A DNA stretch of 53,483 nt, the filler included, from Streblomastix strix (lineage: Eukaryota), in the NCBI GenBank assembly GCA_008636045.1. It is 3 parts of 3 records of this genome, joined end to end, with 100 filler letters (N's around TTAATTAATTAA, not from the genome) between each part and the next. Parts side by side here need not be neighbours in the genome. Positions count along the whole stretch, not along the records: positions 1 to 17,769 come from SNRW01000679.1; 2 more parts are not named here. One strand, written 5' to 3'. The translations under genes were made by a program, and so were the position numbers. Within the stretch, counting starts at the first letter, position 1, and every line of letters begins with the position of its first letter. Below, piece after piece: positions 1 to 14,523 of the stretch. The notes under the pieces were generated by a model. The model was given only the letters and a program-made list of their open reading frames with translations. It made no database searches and had not been told where the DNA came from.

Positions 1-3000
1 AACAACATTTCATTCAGTCCACATTCACCAAAACTTTCGCCGACTTTCATAACGTCTTTATCCAATCAGATATAATCAACTACTCAACAGAAATCGATTT
101 TCCCTTCGTTTTCATTCAAAACACTTCAAAACTAAAAATAAATGAATTCATCTACGCAAATATTATCATCGCAAGCGAAATTGTAATAATCAGAAATATC
201 TTCTTAACCAGCAAAAGAAATTTTGACATCATAAGATAAATAAAATACAAATTTGTAATCGCAGGTATAAAAATTACCACAAACATCTGCAATTCCACCA
301 ACTTTTAAATCTCCGCCTCCTTAAACATTATCATAATTATTATTAAATCCAGAAAACTAAATCGGACTTTAATCAAATTTAACTCCATTGCATACTCATA
401 ATTTTTCTTCAAATCTGCAATCTAGAATCACTTAAACATCATAAAAATAATTATAATAAACTAAATTGGATCATGACTAAATAGCAGTAGAAAAAGATAT
501 GGAAAATGTTGAAATCCAGAAATTCAAATTAAAATAAGAAAATGATAAAAATCCGTCAAATACTGTTTTTGAATATTAATCGCCATTTGAACAAGTAATA
601 TCAACTGTAACTCAGACATCCACAAATGAAACCCAATTATCTCAACCAATTACGCCACAAACATCAATTTCGTAAAATTCATAGCAATCTGCCAATTCAT
701 AATTAATTAAATAATCTGAACCCACTCCTATAATTACACCAATTCAATTCAATGATTAAAGTTTAAATGAATTAAATATTGTAATTTCAGATTCTGGAAA
801 GATTTCAACTAATAATTCTGGCTAAAATGCACCTTAATAATAATAACGTTCTGTTGGATGGAGAAGAAAAAAAGCAACTTTAACGAACGATAAATCAAAT
901 TCAAATTTGAATACCAATATAAATATGAATATTAGTTTAGAATCAAATGCAAATGTTAGTCCAACTTCAATATTATCAATGTTGTAATAGAAACAATTAC
1001 AATCAATTTCAATACTATAAACAGCCGAAACAGTTATTCAACCATAAGAATTATAAGTATAGTTACCATAACATTAAACATCACCATCATAAGATCCAAT
1101 CTCTCCTACGAATTCTTCTTTATAATCTATTTAAAGTCATACTACATTATCACCAATTACACAACTATCATCTCTTTCTTAATAATTTTAATCTTAAATT
1201 GAATAATAATAATCGTAGCTGTTCCCATAATCTGAATATTAAAGTTATAAACAACATATTATTGAGAATGAAAATAAATAAACTGAACAAATTACATAAA
1301 ATACGAATAATTATGAAAATAATGCAAGTAGCTCACAAGACATTAATAAATAATCAAATAACAAAATTTAATTAGATGATAATTAAAGCTTAAAGTCTAC
1401 AAGTAGATCTGATTCTTTTTCATCTGTATCATAAAGCCATTCAGGTTCATAACGATCATATAGCCAATCATCACATTCTTAATCTGGTTCAAGATCAAGA
1501 TCATATTCAAGATCTTAATCCAATTCAAGTCATTATTCATAGAGATTGAATTCTGATGAAGCTGATGATAATTAGTAAAATATAAAAGTAGATTTATTCA
1601 TTCAATAAAATATTGACAAACTTAATTAATATAAATAAACTCAGTAAAACAATGCATAACTCGTTACATCAAATAATTCTGGATTTAATATCTTTTCTGA
1701 TGTGAAAAGCGAGATTAAACTAATTAAGCTATAAAATTTACCACAAATATCTTTCAATTAAACTTAATAATAAGATTAATAATAAACGCCAACATAAAAA
1801 TCATATTCATCTCTTCAATCATCAAAATCCGAAATTAAATCAAATTCGGCATAAAAACTTTCATCTTCTTCGTAATCATCAATCAAAAGTCAATCACATT
1901 CAAATTAACTTTCAACTTCACCTAAAAGTTTAACAGATCGTAAGAAAGAAAAATAAACAAGTAATGATAATATAAATGAAAGCAGGAAAGACTTAGATAA
2001 AAGAAAAGGATATCAATCTGAAAGATAAAATGTGAAAAACAAAGATTTGAAAGAATAAGATAGAAAGTAAGAAATTGAAAATAAAAAATCGCATTAGAAT
2101 GATTATCATAGATAAAAATCTCAAAATGATGATAAGAGTCAAAAATTATTTGATCATTACATCCAACATAAAGAATAAGCAAAATAAAGTGGAATAATGA
2201 ATGAAAAAGATAAAGATAAAGAAATTTTAAAGGAAAAAGAAAAAGAGAGAGATAAACAAAGAGAAATATTATAAATGATTGAAATTCCGCATTAATTTAG
2301 TAATAATAAATAAAATGAAAATAAATAATTAAATAACAGTAAAGATTAATAATAATCACAATTCAAACATATTGACCGTGAAAGTCTTCAAAATCAATCC
2401 AGACTTCACAATTTAAACAGTTATCATAGAAATACTAATCATCATGATGATAATATTAAAGATAGTTATAATAACATTCATAATGAATATCATCATAACA
2501 GTCATGGTTATCACCACCAAAATTAACATAATGAAGGCATCCATAATTAAAACAATTACTCAAATAATCATCATTATCATACTCATCATGATCATCATAC
2601 CAATTAACATAATAATAGTTAAGATACTGAACAAACCAGATAAGGGGAAAGAAATAAAGATTAGAAAAAAGATCACGAAAAAATTACTGATTTATAAAAT
2701 AAAGATTTAAGTAAAAATTAAACGAGAGATAGCGAATCAAGACTTAATCGCCATTAATCAAATAATACTCATAGCAACTAACATCATGAATAGAACAACC
2801 ATAATTCAAGTTCAAACCTTCTAAATTCTAGTTCATAATTATTATAATCTTCTTCTCATTCAACACATTCAAATTCGATTCATTAACACTCAAATCACTA
2901 TAATTCACATTCAAATCACTCCCATTCACATTCAATTCATTCACATTCTAATTCTATTCATTCACATTCTCACAACAATTATCGTTAAAATCCTCAATAA

Positions 3001-3468
3001 CATTCAAATTCTCATTCAAATTTGCATACAAATATTCATTTAAATTCACATTAAAACAATTTAAATCAATCATTACATTCATCTCAATCTTCATTGCATC
3101 ATTATCAATAATTAAATAATCCACATTAAACAAATCTGTTATAAAATGAATCAACTTCTTCTTCACATTCGCCTCAAAGCAAATATTAAGATCATCAATA
3201 ATCTTCTCAATCACATTCTTCAGTGCATAATTTACATACAAATTCTTCAATTAAACTTTCATCTTTATCATCATCTCAATCAACACTAACAGCTGCGTAA
3301 ATATTATAACGATAAGAATAAAGTTTGATTAAAAACACGCATTCATCTAATAAACTAAGTTAACACCCAGAACCAATAAAACCAAGCACAAATACTCATC
3401 ATTTAGATTAGTCAAAATAATAAAAGCCATAATCTGATTAGAATCAGACAGGCTAATCGAAAAAATGA
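1..3468 (+). CDS. 5'-truncated low-complexity Ser/Gln/Asn/His-rich protein (>1150 aa), function unknown
   Basis: With TAA/TAG=Gln, frame +1 reads open in the stretches translated from base 1 to TGA at 3466-3468. It contains RS-like (SGSRSRSYSRS), KE-rich and His/Ser-rich tracts; no recognisable globular domain. Confidence 0.75.
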
Positions 3469-4055
3469 AAAAATTATATATATAATCACATCAAGTTTAA
3501 TTTTTTGAGATCATATTTTATTCTACATATTTCTTATCTTTTATATTTGCACTATTCTTATTCTTTTGAACATTGATTATTTTGCTATTCCAACAAGTTT
3601 TATGAAGTAGTCAAAATATCATTTCTGTTGATTTTGATATTATTTTCAAAGATTTTAATGTTGTAGCAAGTAATTATTAGTTGATGGATTTGATGATTCT
3701 ACCAGCTGAGCTATCTTTGTTTATCATCACATTTCTAATTATTGTATTTGGCTCGAATTGTTTGTTATTAATTATTATGTTTTAGTGTAAATCACAACAA
3801 AGTACCAATAAAATAAATTAAATAAAACATAATAATTTCCGATCTACATGAGTTTTAAGATTCAATTGATACAACATCAAATTTCTTCATCAACAAACTT
3901 TTATTATCGCTTTTGACATATTTTTTATTTTGTATAAAAAAATGAATAAGGACTTTGATTTAAAATTATTATTTATTAATTATTATACATCACTAACTTT
4001 GAATTGTATCAACAAATGGATTATTCAACAACAAAAAAATTATTCATATTCTTAA

Positions 4056-7000
4056 TCAAGTATTGATTTCTAGTGCGACTAAATCATATCTGTGTCTCAA
4101 AACTTCGAAGCTGTGAGATGTTTGTGGACTAATCATGCAGAGTGTTTGTTGCAGCGTGAAGATATTACTTTGCATCTGAATAAAGATATTAATTAGAAAA
4201 ATGAATTATAATATCAAATATATTAAGTAAAACAATTTATTTTAAATATATTGTTAATAAAAATTGAATATATTAAATATACTTTAATTAGTTTCTTTTT
4301 GGTGATATCTTTCATTTAGCTCAATTCTTTTGTACAAATTGTAGTTATTAAATCGTCAAGACCACCAAAAATATCACTAATTTAAATAAAAAGAATAAAG
4401 AAAGAAATATATTTGATATAAATTTATATTTATAATAATTTTTAAATACTCATTGTAAAACGGTAGAAGTGCTGTGAGTGTTTCTTCAGAGAAAGTGAGC
4501 AATTTTTTCGATAAATTGACAACTTACCGATCTGGTTCAAGGATAACACCTTCAACAGATTTCAGATCGTTTTCTGGACCTTGTTGATCCTTCAATAATA
4601 AATTAATTAATGATAGCAAAATAAATTTATCATAAAAAAATAAATTTGAATGTTTCAATAATAATATATTAAAAATTCAAACTTATGAAAAGACAAGATA
4701 CAGATATTTGATGACATAATGCCTCACTTCAATCCGGATAAGATCAAGCATCCTCCTCTGCAGAACAAGCAAGTTCTCAATCTCATCGTGAAGAGGCCTA
4801 GCAATTGCCCACAAAAGCAAAGCTCGTGAATTAGACTCAATTAAAGGCAGGATTTAATTATCTGGCTTTATTGGTCTAGAATTGTCTTATTGTGGTGTCG
4901 ATAATGCATTTTCAGAGTCTTATTGTTGATCTAATTGAATACTTACAGTTTATCTCCGATCGTCAGCAGATTTAATGGAAGATAATTGGTTTATTACAAA
5001 TGAACCTTTGTTTTGATCATTTTCATTAATAGCTGGACTTGAAAATGAATTTAATCTTCCTTGGCTAAAATCAGAATTTGAATTGAATGATGAAGAAGAT
5101 TATTGAGATGATTAAAGTTATTGATTCTGAAATGAGCCAAGTTAAGCAGAGTTACGAGATGTGAAACTTGCTAATGCACCAGATTCCATCTATGCGTTAG
5201 GAGATGAATAAATATTGCTAGCATTATTTCTTGGTATTAATTGTTGTGGTTATTATTAGATGAAATTATCCACTTATTATTTTTGTGGCGATTAATATTC
5301 ATTTATTTATCCACGTCCAAATTTATTAGCAGAGTTTTAAATATCAGCCATTAATCGATTTTTCTGCTGCATATTTTGCATATTTTATTATATTATCATT
5401 TCATTGTTTTACCCATCAGATTCATTATAAGAAATATGATCCTACCTCTGCTGAATAAATGCTGATAATTGTGCAAAATTTTGAGTTTTAATTGAGCTAA
5501 AATTAATCTCATTTTATCCAGACTAACTTTTTATGCTTTGCTAAGAATTTTGTTTATTCTAATCACTCTTTGGTGGCGATTAATCATATTGATTTGATCT
5601 TAACTTCTACTCCATGATATGCTTACTCATGAAATCTTATATCTGAGGAAGAGCTTAAACATGTCCAGTAATTCCAATATTAGGAGAATTGATATTGTGC
5701 GATGAATTTTATTTATCATCTGATGATTATTCACCACTATCTCCAGTATCGCTCGATTCTTATTATTATTGTTTCTGAATTTATATTATAATTTATCTCG
5801 TTTTAATCTCTTTTTCTCTTTATTCACAGTATCTGAACAATTCCGGTTCAGTTTGTTTAAGCAGTTCTTCCTGTACAAAAGTTGGAAGAGGATTAGAAAT
5901 CAAATATTTGGTCATTGATCTTTAAGCAGAAGACATAAAAATTTACTCCTAACTAGTTTTTGATTGACTTTGTGTGTTATCAGCCAATTAATTAATACCA
6001 GGAGATGAAAATTGGTACAAAGAACGAGCTGCTTCTGACCCAGTTTTAACTGAAGACGGATGAGAGAAAACTGAAGCAGATTATATAGAAGATGAAGAAG
6101 GTCCAATTCTGCTCAAATTCTGAATCTAATTCCAGGAGCTGATATCATTTTTGCTCATATTAGACTGATAAGTTCCAATCCTACTAAAATTAATAATATC
6201 TCTTTCAACCTCCTCCCATAGTCCAGGCTCAGATAATCTGGATGGCGAAATGTAGTTTAAATTTCTCAATGTTTTTTATGGAACTCCAGGAAGTATCAAA
6301 ATCCGTCTTGCAAGCCAACTGCATGATCTGACAAGCAGAGCTAATTTGGATAGAGTGGTTTACTTACAGAAAACAGTTCTGCGTACTCCAGTTTATTTGA
6401 AAAAAGTGATCTCAATTTGTTCTTCGGTTTCTTCATCGCGATAACGAATTGCTTCATGGATGGGCATTTTAAGGATCTTTTTTATCGATTTACCAAATTT
6501 CCCTTTTTGATCGAATTTCTTCTCATCTGTAGCTTAATTAGAATTCTCAAGCCAAATTGAGTACTGGATAGTCATCATAGTATCCAACATGTACTGTATT
6601 CTCTCATTGAATTTTTTGAGGACGCTTTGCATTATTCTGACTACATCCTCAGAGAATAATTAACGTGGAGAAGGGTTCATAGAATATAAAGGTTTATGTA
6701 CTGCCACTTAATACGTTGGTTTAGGTTAATTTAAAGTTTATTATTGTTATTGTAATTATTGTGATTATTATTAAATCTGATTTAATGTAGTTCCTGGTTT
6801 CAAAATATTGGTTAAATTATCACTACCTTTATCATTTCTTCCCTTTTCCTCATTGATACTCTTGCTTTCTTATCCAGTTTAAAACAAAAAGTTCAAATTA
6901 GGATTATTAATAATATGCTAAATTTGATTTGAATCATAATGTGTAGGTAAGGCTGCTGCATATGATCCTAGAGCCCATATTATACTGCAAGTTCCAAGTG

Positions 7001-10000
7001 AAGCACGAAGAACTAGTTTTTCTTCTGGAACTGCATTTTCTTCCTTTACAACAGACAAAGAAGAAGAAGCTGCATTCATATCTGATTATGTAGAAGTACC
7101 AGCGTTTTATCCATCATCAAACAACTAGAAGTTTGAATCATCATTATCAAGAGCACCAGCTGACGCATCTCTTTTCTCCCTAGGAGCGAAAGAAGAAGGT
7201 GTATATAGAACTAAATTATTCATGTAGTTGATTTTGTTGTTCAGATAATGTGCGCACCATATCTTTATTTAGTTATCGATTTCCGAAAGAAGAATATCAG
7301 CGGTATGAAGCTGGTTTGCAGATATTCCTGTTAGTTTTGAGATGCTCTGATAAAATGGCTGCAAATCAATTTCTGAATCCATCTCTATTTAATCAAATTC
7401 TGTTCCTGATCCAAATTATTTCTGTAGTTTGGTTAGAACTGGTTTTATCAGTTATGTTGTCATCATAGCAAATCCAGATAAAAGTGAAGAGATCTGCAAA
7501 GCATGAAGTGATGAAGCAGCAAAAATGAATCTAAAAGCAGCATCATTTGGAGGAAGATATTTTGTTTCAGTTTATTGTATTCCTGTATTAGATGGTTATG
7601 ATGATGATACAATTATTGGAAGGAGTGTATTTGCAGTAGGTAGGAAAGCTGCAATAGCATTAGAAGCAGAAACGGATGAATTAGTAAAAGATAATTGTGT
7701 TGAAGATTGTGATTACTATTATGACGATGATGTTTATTGCTATTTATCAGTTATTCTCTGCGAAGATTGTGATGCGAAAGGTGATCTTTTGTTGAAAATC
7801 GCTCTTGTAAGCTCAGACATGACTTTCTCATGTGGAGTTGGAATTCGTGATTATCCACCAAAGATATTCTATGCAGATGATGAAGATGATGATGATTGCA
7901 TATTCAGTTTGAGTGCGTCCTTCAGAAGATTCGTGTCATCTTATATTAAATGAGAGGAAATCTGGCTCTCAATCTACCATTTCTGTGATATTGACGAAAT
8001 CATTGAGGAAGTTTCGGGGTTTTGACCAGATTTGGCCTAAAATTATTATTGTTGCTGATATTTACTCACATTGAAAGAATTTTTGTTATTTTATTATGGC
8101 ATTTATTGTAAAGAATTTGGAACTGCTGATGAATAGAAACCTCTTTAATTTTATCCCAAGTTCCCTTATCCATACTAATAATTCTAATTTTACCCAATAT
8201 TTCTATTCAAATCACCACCACCTATTATTCTATTTTAAATCTTTTCCTACATATATTACTCTTATATAAGCAATTTATCATATGCCACCATTTTCTCTGC
8301 GCTAGATCGAATCACTTCACCAGCATCAACATCACCAAGAGCAGCACGAAGCTGTAATAATTTTGCTCTTTCCAGTGGATTATGCCATATTTTATTTTCC
8401 TTATAAGCAATTGTTGGGTGTAAATTGATGTTTACAGAGCTTTTATGCTCGCTTATAATTGATTTGATGTCGGCTTTTTATGATTCTTCATTTTCGTTAT
8501 CTAAATCATCGGGTTCATCATCATCACTCACAATTTCATCTTTATCTTTTTTTATTGTATAGAATTAATCATTGGTTTCATTATATTCATCATTAACCTT
8601 ATTTTTTTAGTTCTTATCTGCTTAGTTTGAATCATAACTTGAACTCGAGTTGAAGTTGTAGTTGAAGTCTATATCGAAGTCCAGATCTCCTTTGAACATG
8701 AAATCATCGATGAAATTTGAATCTTGTGATGAATCATCGTCATTATCCTAATCTTCAGCTAAATTATCAGATCTAATTTTTGTTGGAATTTGACCGCTTG
8801 TTGGGAATTGAGTAACTTATGATGATATTTATGGAGATTTTGTTTGTTTTAGTTGATTTAAATTCAGTTTAAGTGTTTTGCTATCAAATTATTTTTATTG
8901 TGTGTTTAAATTTGTTGGTGAAGGTATTGGACCTAGTGTTGATTATTTTGTTGATTATTAATTAGTCTAATTAATTGGTGCAGATGATGATGATGATTAT
9001 GAAACATTGGATGTTTAATACGAAGCTGAACCACGAGGAGATTTAGGCTGTTATGAATGCTGCTACTGTTATTATTGTATTGAATGAAACTATGGATTAC
9101 TCATACTCTAAGTAATCTGTGATTGTTGCTATTGTATTTCATTCTATTATACTAATGAAATAAGTTATTTGTTTTTCCTCAATATTTCAGGTGCTTATTA
9201 CTCTGAATTGTGGAAAGTGAAAAGTTTGTGAGAAGAAACACCAAATGATTATGTAACTGATTCAGTTGTAGTTCCATATCTTTCTTATAAGTAGAATTTA
9301 ATAGAAGGTTTCTAATATTATTGTGATTATTGAGGACTTTACTATTGTAGCTACTATTAAAGTTATTGTGATTATTGCTGGTTGAGTAATGAATTATTTG
9401 ATTTCAATTTTCTCATAATTGATGAAGGATTAATTGAATTAGACTAATTTTATGATTTGTTTGCATTAAATTAATTCAAATTTGCATTAACCTATGGAAT
9501 TGAAGGAGGTTTTTGATTGGGGATACTACTAAGTGTTTGTTATTAATTCTACTGTAAATTTGGTGAAAGAAAATTATCAAGCGAACCTTTTTGAATTGAA
9601 GTTGATGAAGAACTGTCATTTGCAGTATTGGGCGAATAATTTTGTCTTTAGCGATGAGGCCTCAGTGAAAATCCAAAATTTCCGCCAGTTTCATCTTATT
9701 ATTTGCTTCTATTTAAATTTACATTGATATTTACATTTAAATTCAGATTACCACTTGAATTCAAATTTGTCAGCATCGCATCATACGGATCAGGTCCAAT
9801 GAAGATAATTTTGGATAAAACTTACAAAATCGCTTTTTCTTTCAACTTAATCTGTTTTTTGTCATTTGAAAAGGGTGAATTAGATGTGCTAATCCTCCGA
9901 AGCCATATTGCAAGTGATGCTTTGATGGAATAATCAGCTGAAGACGAAGATGATGATGATTAACGCTGATTAAGTTGTTGGATTGATATTTATTATTATG

Positions 10001-13000
10001 ATGATGATTATAAAGATACTTATGAGCTTTATTATGAGAAAGGAGAAGGAATTGCTATTGAACTTCTTGGTGATCTTGGTGTTAAAGGTTACTACTAATT
10101 GCTGTACTGCTGATATTCACTTATCTTTATGTTTGGCTGAATCGGAGCTAGTCCTACTTATTGCGGCTTTGAGAATTATTGATATTATTGCAATTGTTAT
10201 TATTGTTATTATTTGGTATTTGACTGAGTATTAGAAGGTTTTTGAGCTAAGTTATTATATGATTAAGAAGAAGAAGGTATTTATTATTATTAATTTAATT
10301 ATTATGACAAATTAGTATTGAAATTCTTCTAAATTGGTGGGACAGGAGGTTTATATTTAGGTGTTAAATTTGATTCTGAATGTAGATCCAGTTATTAATA
10401 TGGAGAAGAAAATACAGTTGTGAAAATTGAATCATTTTATTTCCTTTTTTATTGGTCATATTATTGTGTGATAATTACTTTATTATCTGAAAGGAAAGAA
10501 GACTTGCCATTTTTCACATATATTGGATCATCATCAAGCGAATCGTCCATATTGTCGTCATCATCATCAACATTTTAAATTGAGTTGTAATTGAACTTAG
10601 ATTACTGCTTTGAATAGCTGCTCAATTTACTGCTATTTCGGAGATTGTTCTTATTTTTATCAAATAGATCTTCAAAATCTTTATCATTTAATTCATCATC
10701 TTCTTCATCATTATCGCTGTAATCGCTATCATTAGAATTGCGCATGATATTCAATTTACTCTTACTTTCATAAAATTTCTATTTTTTCTTGTTTTTCTTC
10801 CATGTTTGCAAAAACCCTTTAAATCGAATTTCATCATCATCATCTTCTTCTGTAACAATATCATAGTCTTTTTTAACCGTCTTCAAATTCTGAGCTAAGC
10901 TCCGATTTATACTTTATGATTATTATTATTAATTCATTAAATCAGATAATGAGGAAGATTGCTACTATTACGGATGTTGAATTTTAATTTATATGAATGA
11001 AAAGTTATTCTGATAATTTTTGGGATTATAATACGAGTTTGACAGGTTTGAAGGAAATGAATGTTGTTATTATATTTGAGAGGAGGATCTATATGTCAAA
11101 TCGAACATTGCTTAGCTCGAATTTCTCGATAATCCGTAAGGTTTTTGATTTGAGTTATCCTTGAAATTTATTGCAGCTGGAAGAATTGCTTTTGATGCAA
11201 TATTCGTATCTGTGATTATAATATTTGGAAGCTGGATCTTCAAATTGTTTCCAAATGCTTATTCACAAACTAACTTTATGCAATGGCACATTGTAGTTAC
11301 AGCATATGAAAGAACTGTAGTTCTTAGATTCATATCATGTACAAACGATTTATCATCTAGATCTGACAAACTATTAGAAATTATACTCGGGCTTGAAGTA
11401 ATTAAATGCTGTATTGGTTATTCCTGCTGTAATTTTATCTACGAACTAGCTTCAATCCTTTCAAAAGCTGCTATTGTGGTGTTGAGCATATTTAATGCAT
11501 GTGAGAAATGAGCTAAAAGAAGTGAAATAAGAATAGTAGATCTATCAAGTCCAGATTTTCCACCCGAACAAATTGATCTCATGATCTTCTCATGCATGAT
11601 TCTCTTCTACATCGTTTCATTACGTTTGATTTTCTATGATTCGTTTATCTTGCGCATGAATTTCGTGGTTGTTATTCTGTCTACACTGATACTTCTAATC
11701 AATTTTTTAGCTTCATTGTTGTTCTATTATTAAACTGGCCCACGATTTACAATACGAGCGCTAGTTGATGCAGATCTTTTGTTCTGTTGTTGAAATGTGT
11801 GTAATTAACTAATTTAACTATATTGAGATTAAGGAGAATTGTATTATGAATTTGATTTATTAGTATTTCCTTTCATAAAAGATGTTAATTCTTCCTTTGT
11901 AGCAATATTCCCTAAAAATGCAGATTTTATTCTCAATCTTTTCTATTAATTATCACTCAACTATGAATTATTAATACTCCCTTAATTTAAATTTGAGTGG
12001 TTTGATCCCCAAATTAAATACTCATCCTCATTTACTGAAGATCCAGGTCCATGAACAGCCAATAGAGAAGAATACATTACTATACATTCAGCAGTTAGAC
12101 GATATATATGAGCAGCTATGGGCAAAGTTGAAGTTAATTTTTCAAGGGGAAGTTTTAGATGAACAAGTGTTCTAAGCATCATAAGGAATTAACTGCTTTC
12201 GAAAGTATCTGAATTGGAACTGTTTGAATTGATTCCTCTTCTAGATTCAATATTTGAGTTAAATCGGTCAAAAAGCACTGAAAGTGGCTGTTAATTAGAT
12301 GATTAATATGAAGATTAAGCTAATATTGATTCATTTTATTTCATTTACTATATTTATTATTATTACTACAACTATTATTATTATCCAGTTCTCCCTTAAG
12401 CAAGTCTTACTCCATCTTCCATAAGATCTTTCAGAACATTAATTGATGTCGATGAAACAAAATTTAATGTGGATGTAGCTACTGAATAAGAAGAAGAAGG
12501 AGAAGATGATAAAGAATTTCCTACTCGAGATTGATTCATAGCTAGAGATGAGTCATATTGAAGTTAATTGGATAAAAAATTTGAATTATTTATTTGTGAT
12601 GATTATTTATTTTAATCTGTAGATATAGATGTATTTTATTATGAAGACGCTAAACCGTATTAAGTTTCTCTTGAGAAAAAAGCAACACACTCAGTTAAAG
12701 GTGGAAGTTATGCATTAGCGTCAATAATTGAAGCAGCTGCAGCATTTTTGACCAGACTTGCAATATTTGATACAACTTTTAATTGAGGGATGTTATTCTA
12801 TTGATTAATTTAATCTGAATTATTCAAACTCTTATCATTACTTCCTTTCTTTGTAGATTATTATTATTATTAATTCTATTTATTTGTCTTTCCTGAAGCC
12901 ATCATCAAATCACTTATAGATAAATTATATTCCAAAGGTGATGGAAGCCCAATTCTTCTTCCAATTGGCGTAAGTGAAATAAACCAAACAAATAATCTCA

Positions 13001-13875
13001 TCGTATCATCGTCATGTTCAATGCTGTTATTATCTGATTTCTCAACATTGACATTTCGAATATCTTATCTCCCAGTCTCAGACTCAAGTCTCGCTCTTCT
13101 TAGAACACGTTATCTCATTTTCCTTCTTTTATCAGTTGCTATGTAATCCACTAATCCAAAAGATGCTCTTCTGAAAACATAACAAAGAACTTTTTCCATC
13201 ACTTTACCTCTCAAGATACTGGGTTCTTTTATTAAGAAATCTCGCATTGGAGTCATTGCTCGAAAAAGATCTGGTAATGTATTCGCATTCAGAACTGCTG
13301 CTTGGTTCTTAACTTGGACAACTGCAGTGGTAAGCATCCTAGCAGCTGATAAATACATCCCCCTCGATATCATAGCCTCAATTATCTCTTTAGTCTTGAT
13401 GAGCACTATCATTTCAACTAGATGGGTCTCTATTAATGTATATCTACTATAGTCTTGTGACATCTCTTCATAATTCCCACCAGCACTTGCTGCATTGTTC
13501 TGTTAAAAAGCGCGTCTTGCATGGCGAAGCTTCTTTTCGAGGAGTTTGAACTTGTTTGAGGCTATGAACACACGGTCGAAGATCTGCGTATAGCGGCCCG
13601 TCTGGTTCCCGAAGTTTTTGAAGGCAGCTATGAATATTGTAAATTAATTAATTAATGATTTTTATAAAAAAAATTAATTGTTTAATCAAACTGTTTATAA
13701 ATTTGTCTAGTTATTGATCAATGTTCTTCTTATTTTCTTCTAATTATTTTTTAAGTTCAGTCTTATTTGGCGCGCTCATAAGTTCCAATGCTTCTGTAAG
13801 AGGCGATAAACCCTCCTGTTGGTATTTCTTTTCACAGCTCTTGTTGAGCTGCTCTAACATTTCTTGCTTCCACAT
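4056..13875 (-). CDS. SEC8: Exocyst subunit Sec8/EXOC4 homologue with very large low-complexity insertions (~3160 aa, 5 exons)
   Basis: The N-terminus (MWKQEMLEQLNK..SPLTEALELMS..NIDQQLDKFIN..FGNQTGRYTQIFDRVFIASNKFKLLEKKLRHARR..IEAMISRGMYLSAARML) fits the Sec8 N-terminal pattern. The C-terminus (EPDRQVVNLSKKLLTFSEETL..IFGGLDDLI..MQSNIFTLQQTL) fits the Sec8 C-terminus. GT-AG introns at 13628-13691, 4590-4682, 4377-4449 and 4176-4282 give a spliced length of 9483 nt, divisible by 3. The 8.9-kb exon was only spot-checked for TGA. Confidence 0.8.
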
Positions 13876-14523
13876 CTTTGGATAATATCTATATGTAAAA
13901 GTTAAAATAAATATATAATTTCATTATGAGTATGATTAAATTTAAAGATAAAAATAAAAAATTGTCAATCAAGCTCTGAATGAGTGTTTACTGAAATAGT
14001 TTCAAAATCAGAAGAACGGTATATTAAAAGGATTAATATACGTTGTTTAAACAAAAATTGTTTTAAAAATATTTTATTGGTGGGAAAAATTATTAATTAA
14101 TAAATTAAAACCGTTATACGAGTTAAAAAAATATAATTTTATTTTGATTTCGTAATTAACCCGTAATTGTGCTTACAGTATATTTTCTATTAGATTTTAG
14201 TCTAAATAATAACTTTCACCTTTATTTTCATCAAAATTAGCATAAGAACACTTTAATGTAGCGATAAATCGATCTTTAATTAATAATTGAAAAAATTATA
14301 TTTTAAGATAAAATCAATACAATTATTTTATTGGAATAATTCTTTTAAATTAAATTTATATATATTACAATACTATCCACAGATATATATTTTTTTCAAA
14401 CAAATAAGACGTTACAAAACACTTAAAAACATTTTTAACTCAATCGCAAATTTCCAGGAAAACAAGAATTATATAACTGTAGAAGTCAATTATTTAACTT
14501 TTAATTATTTATTTAGACGAGAA

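Noticed and set aside
7250..11511. Plus-strand ORFs in the supplied track (e.g. 7525-7953, 9983-10234, 11161-11511)
   Set aside because: They are antisense shadows of the Gln/Ser-rich Sec8 exon.
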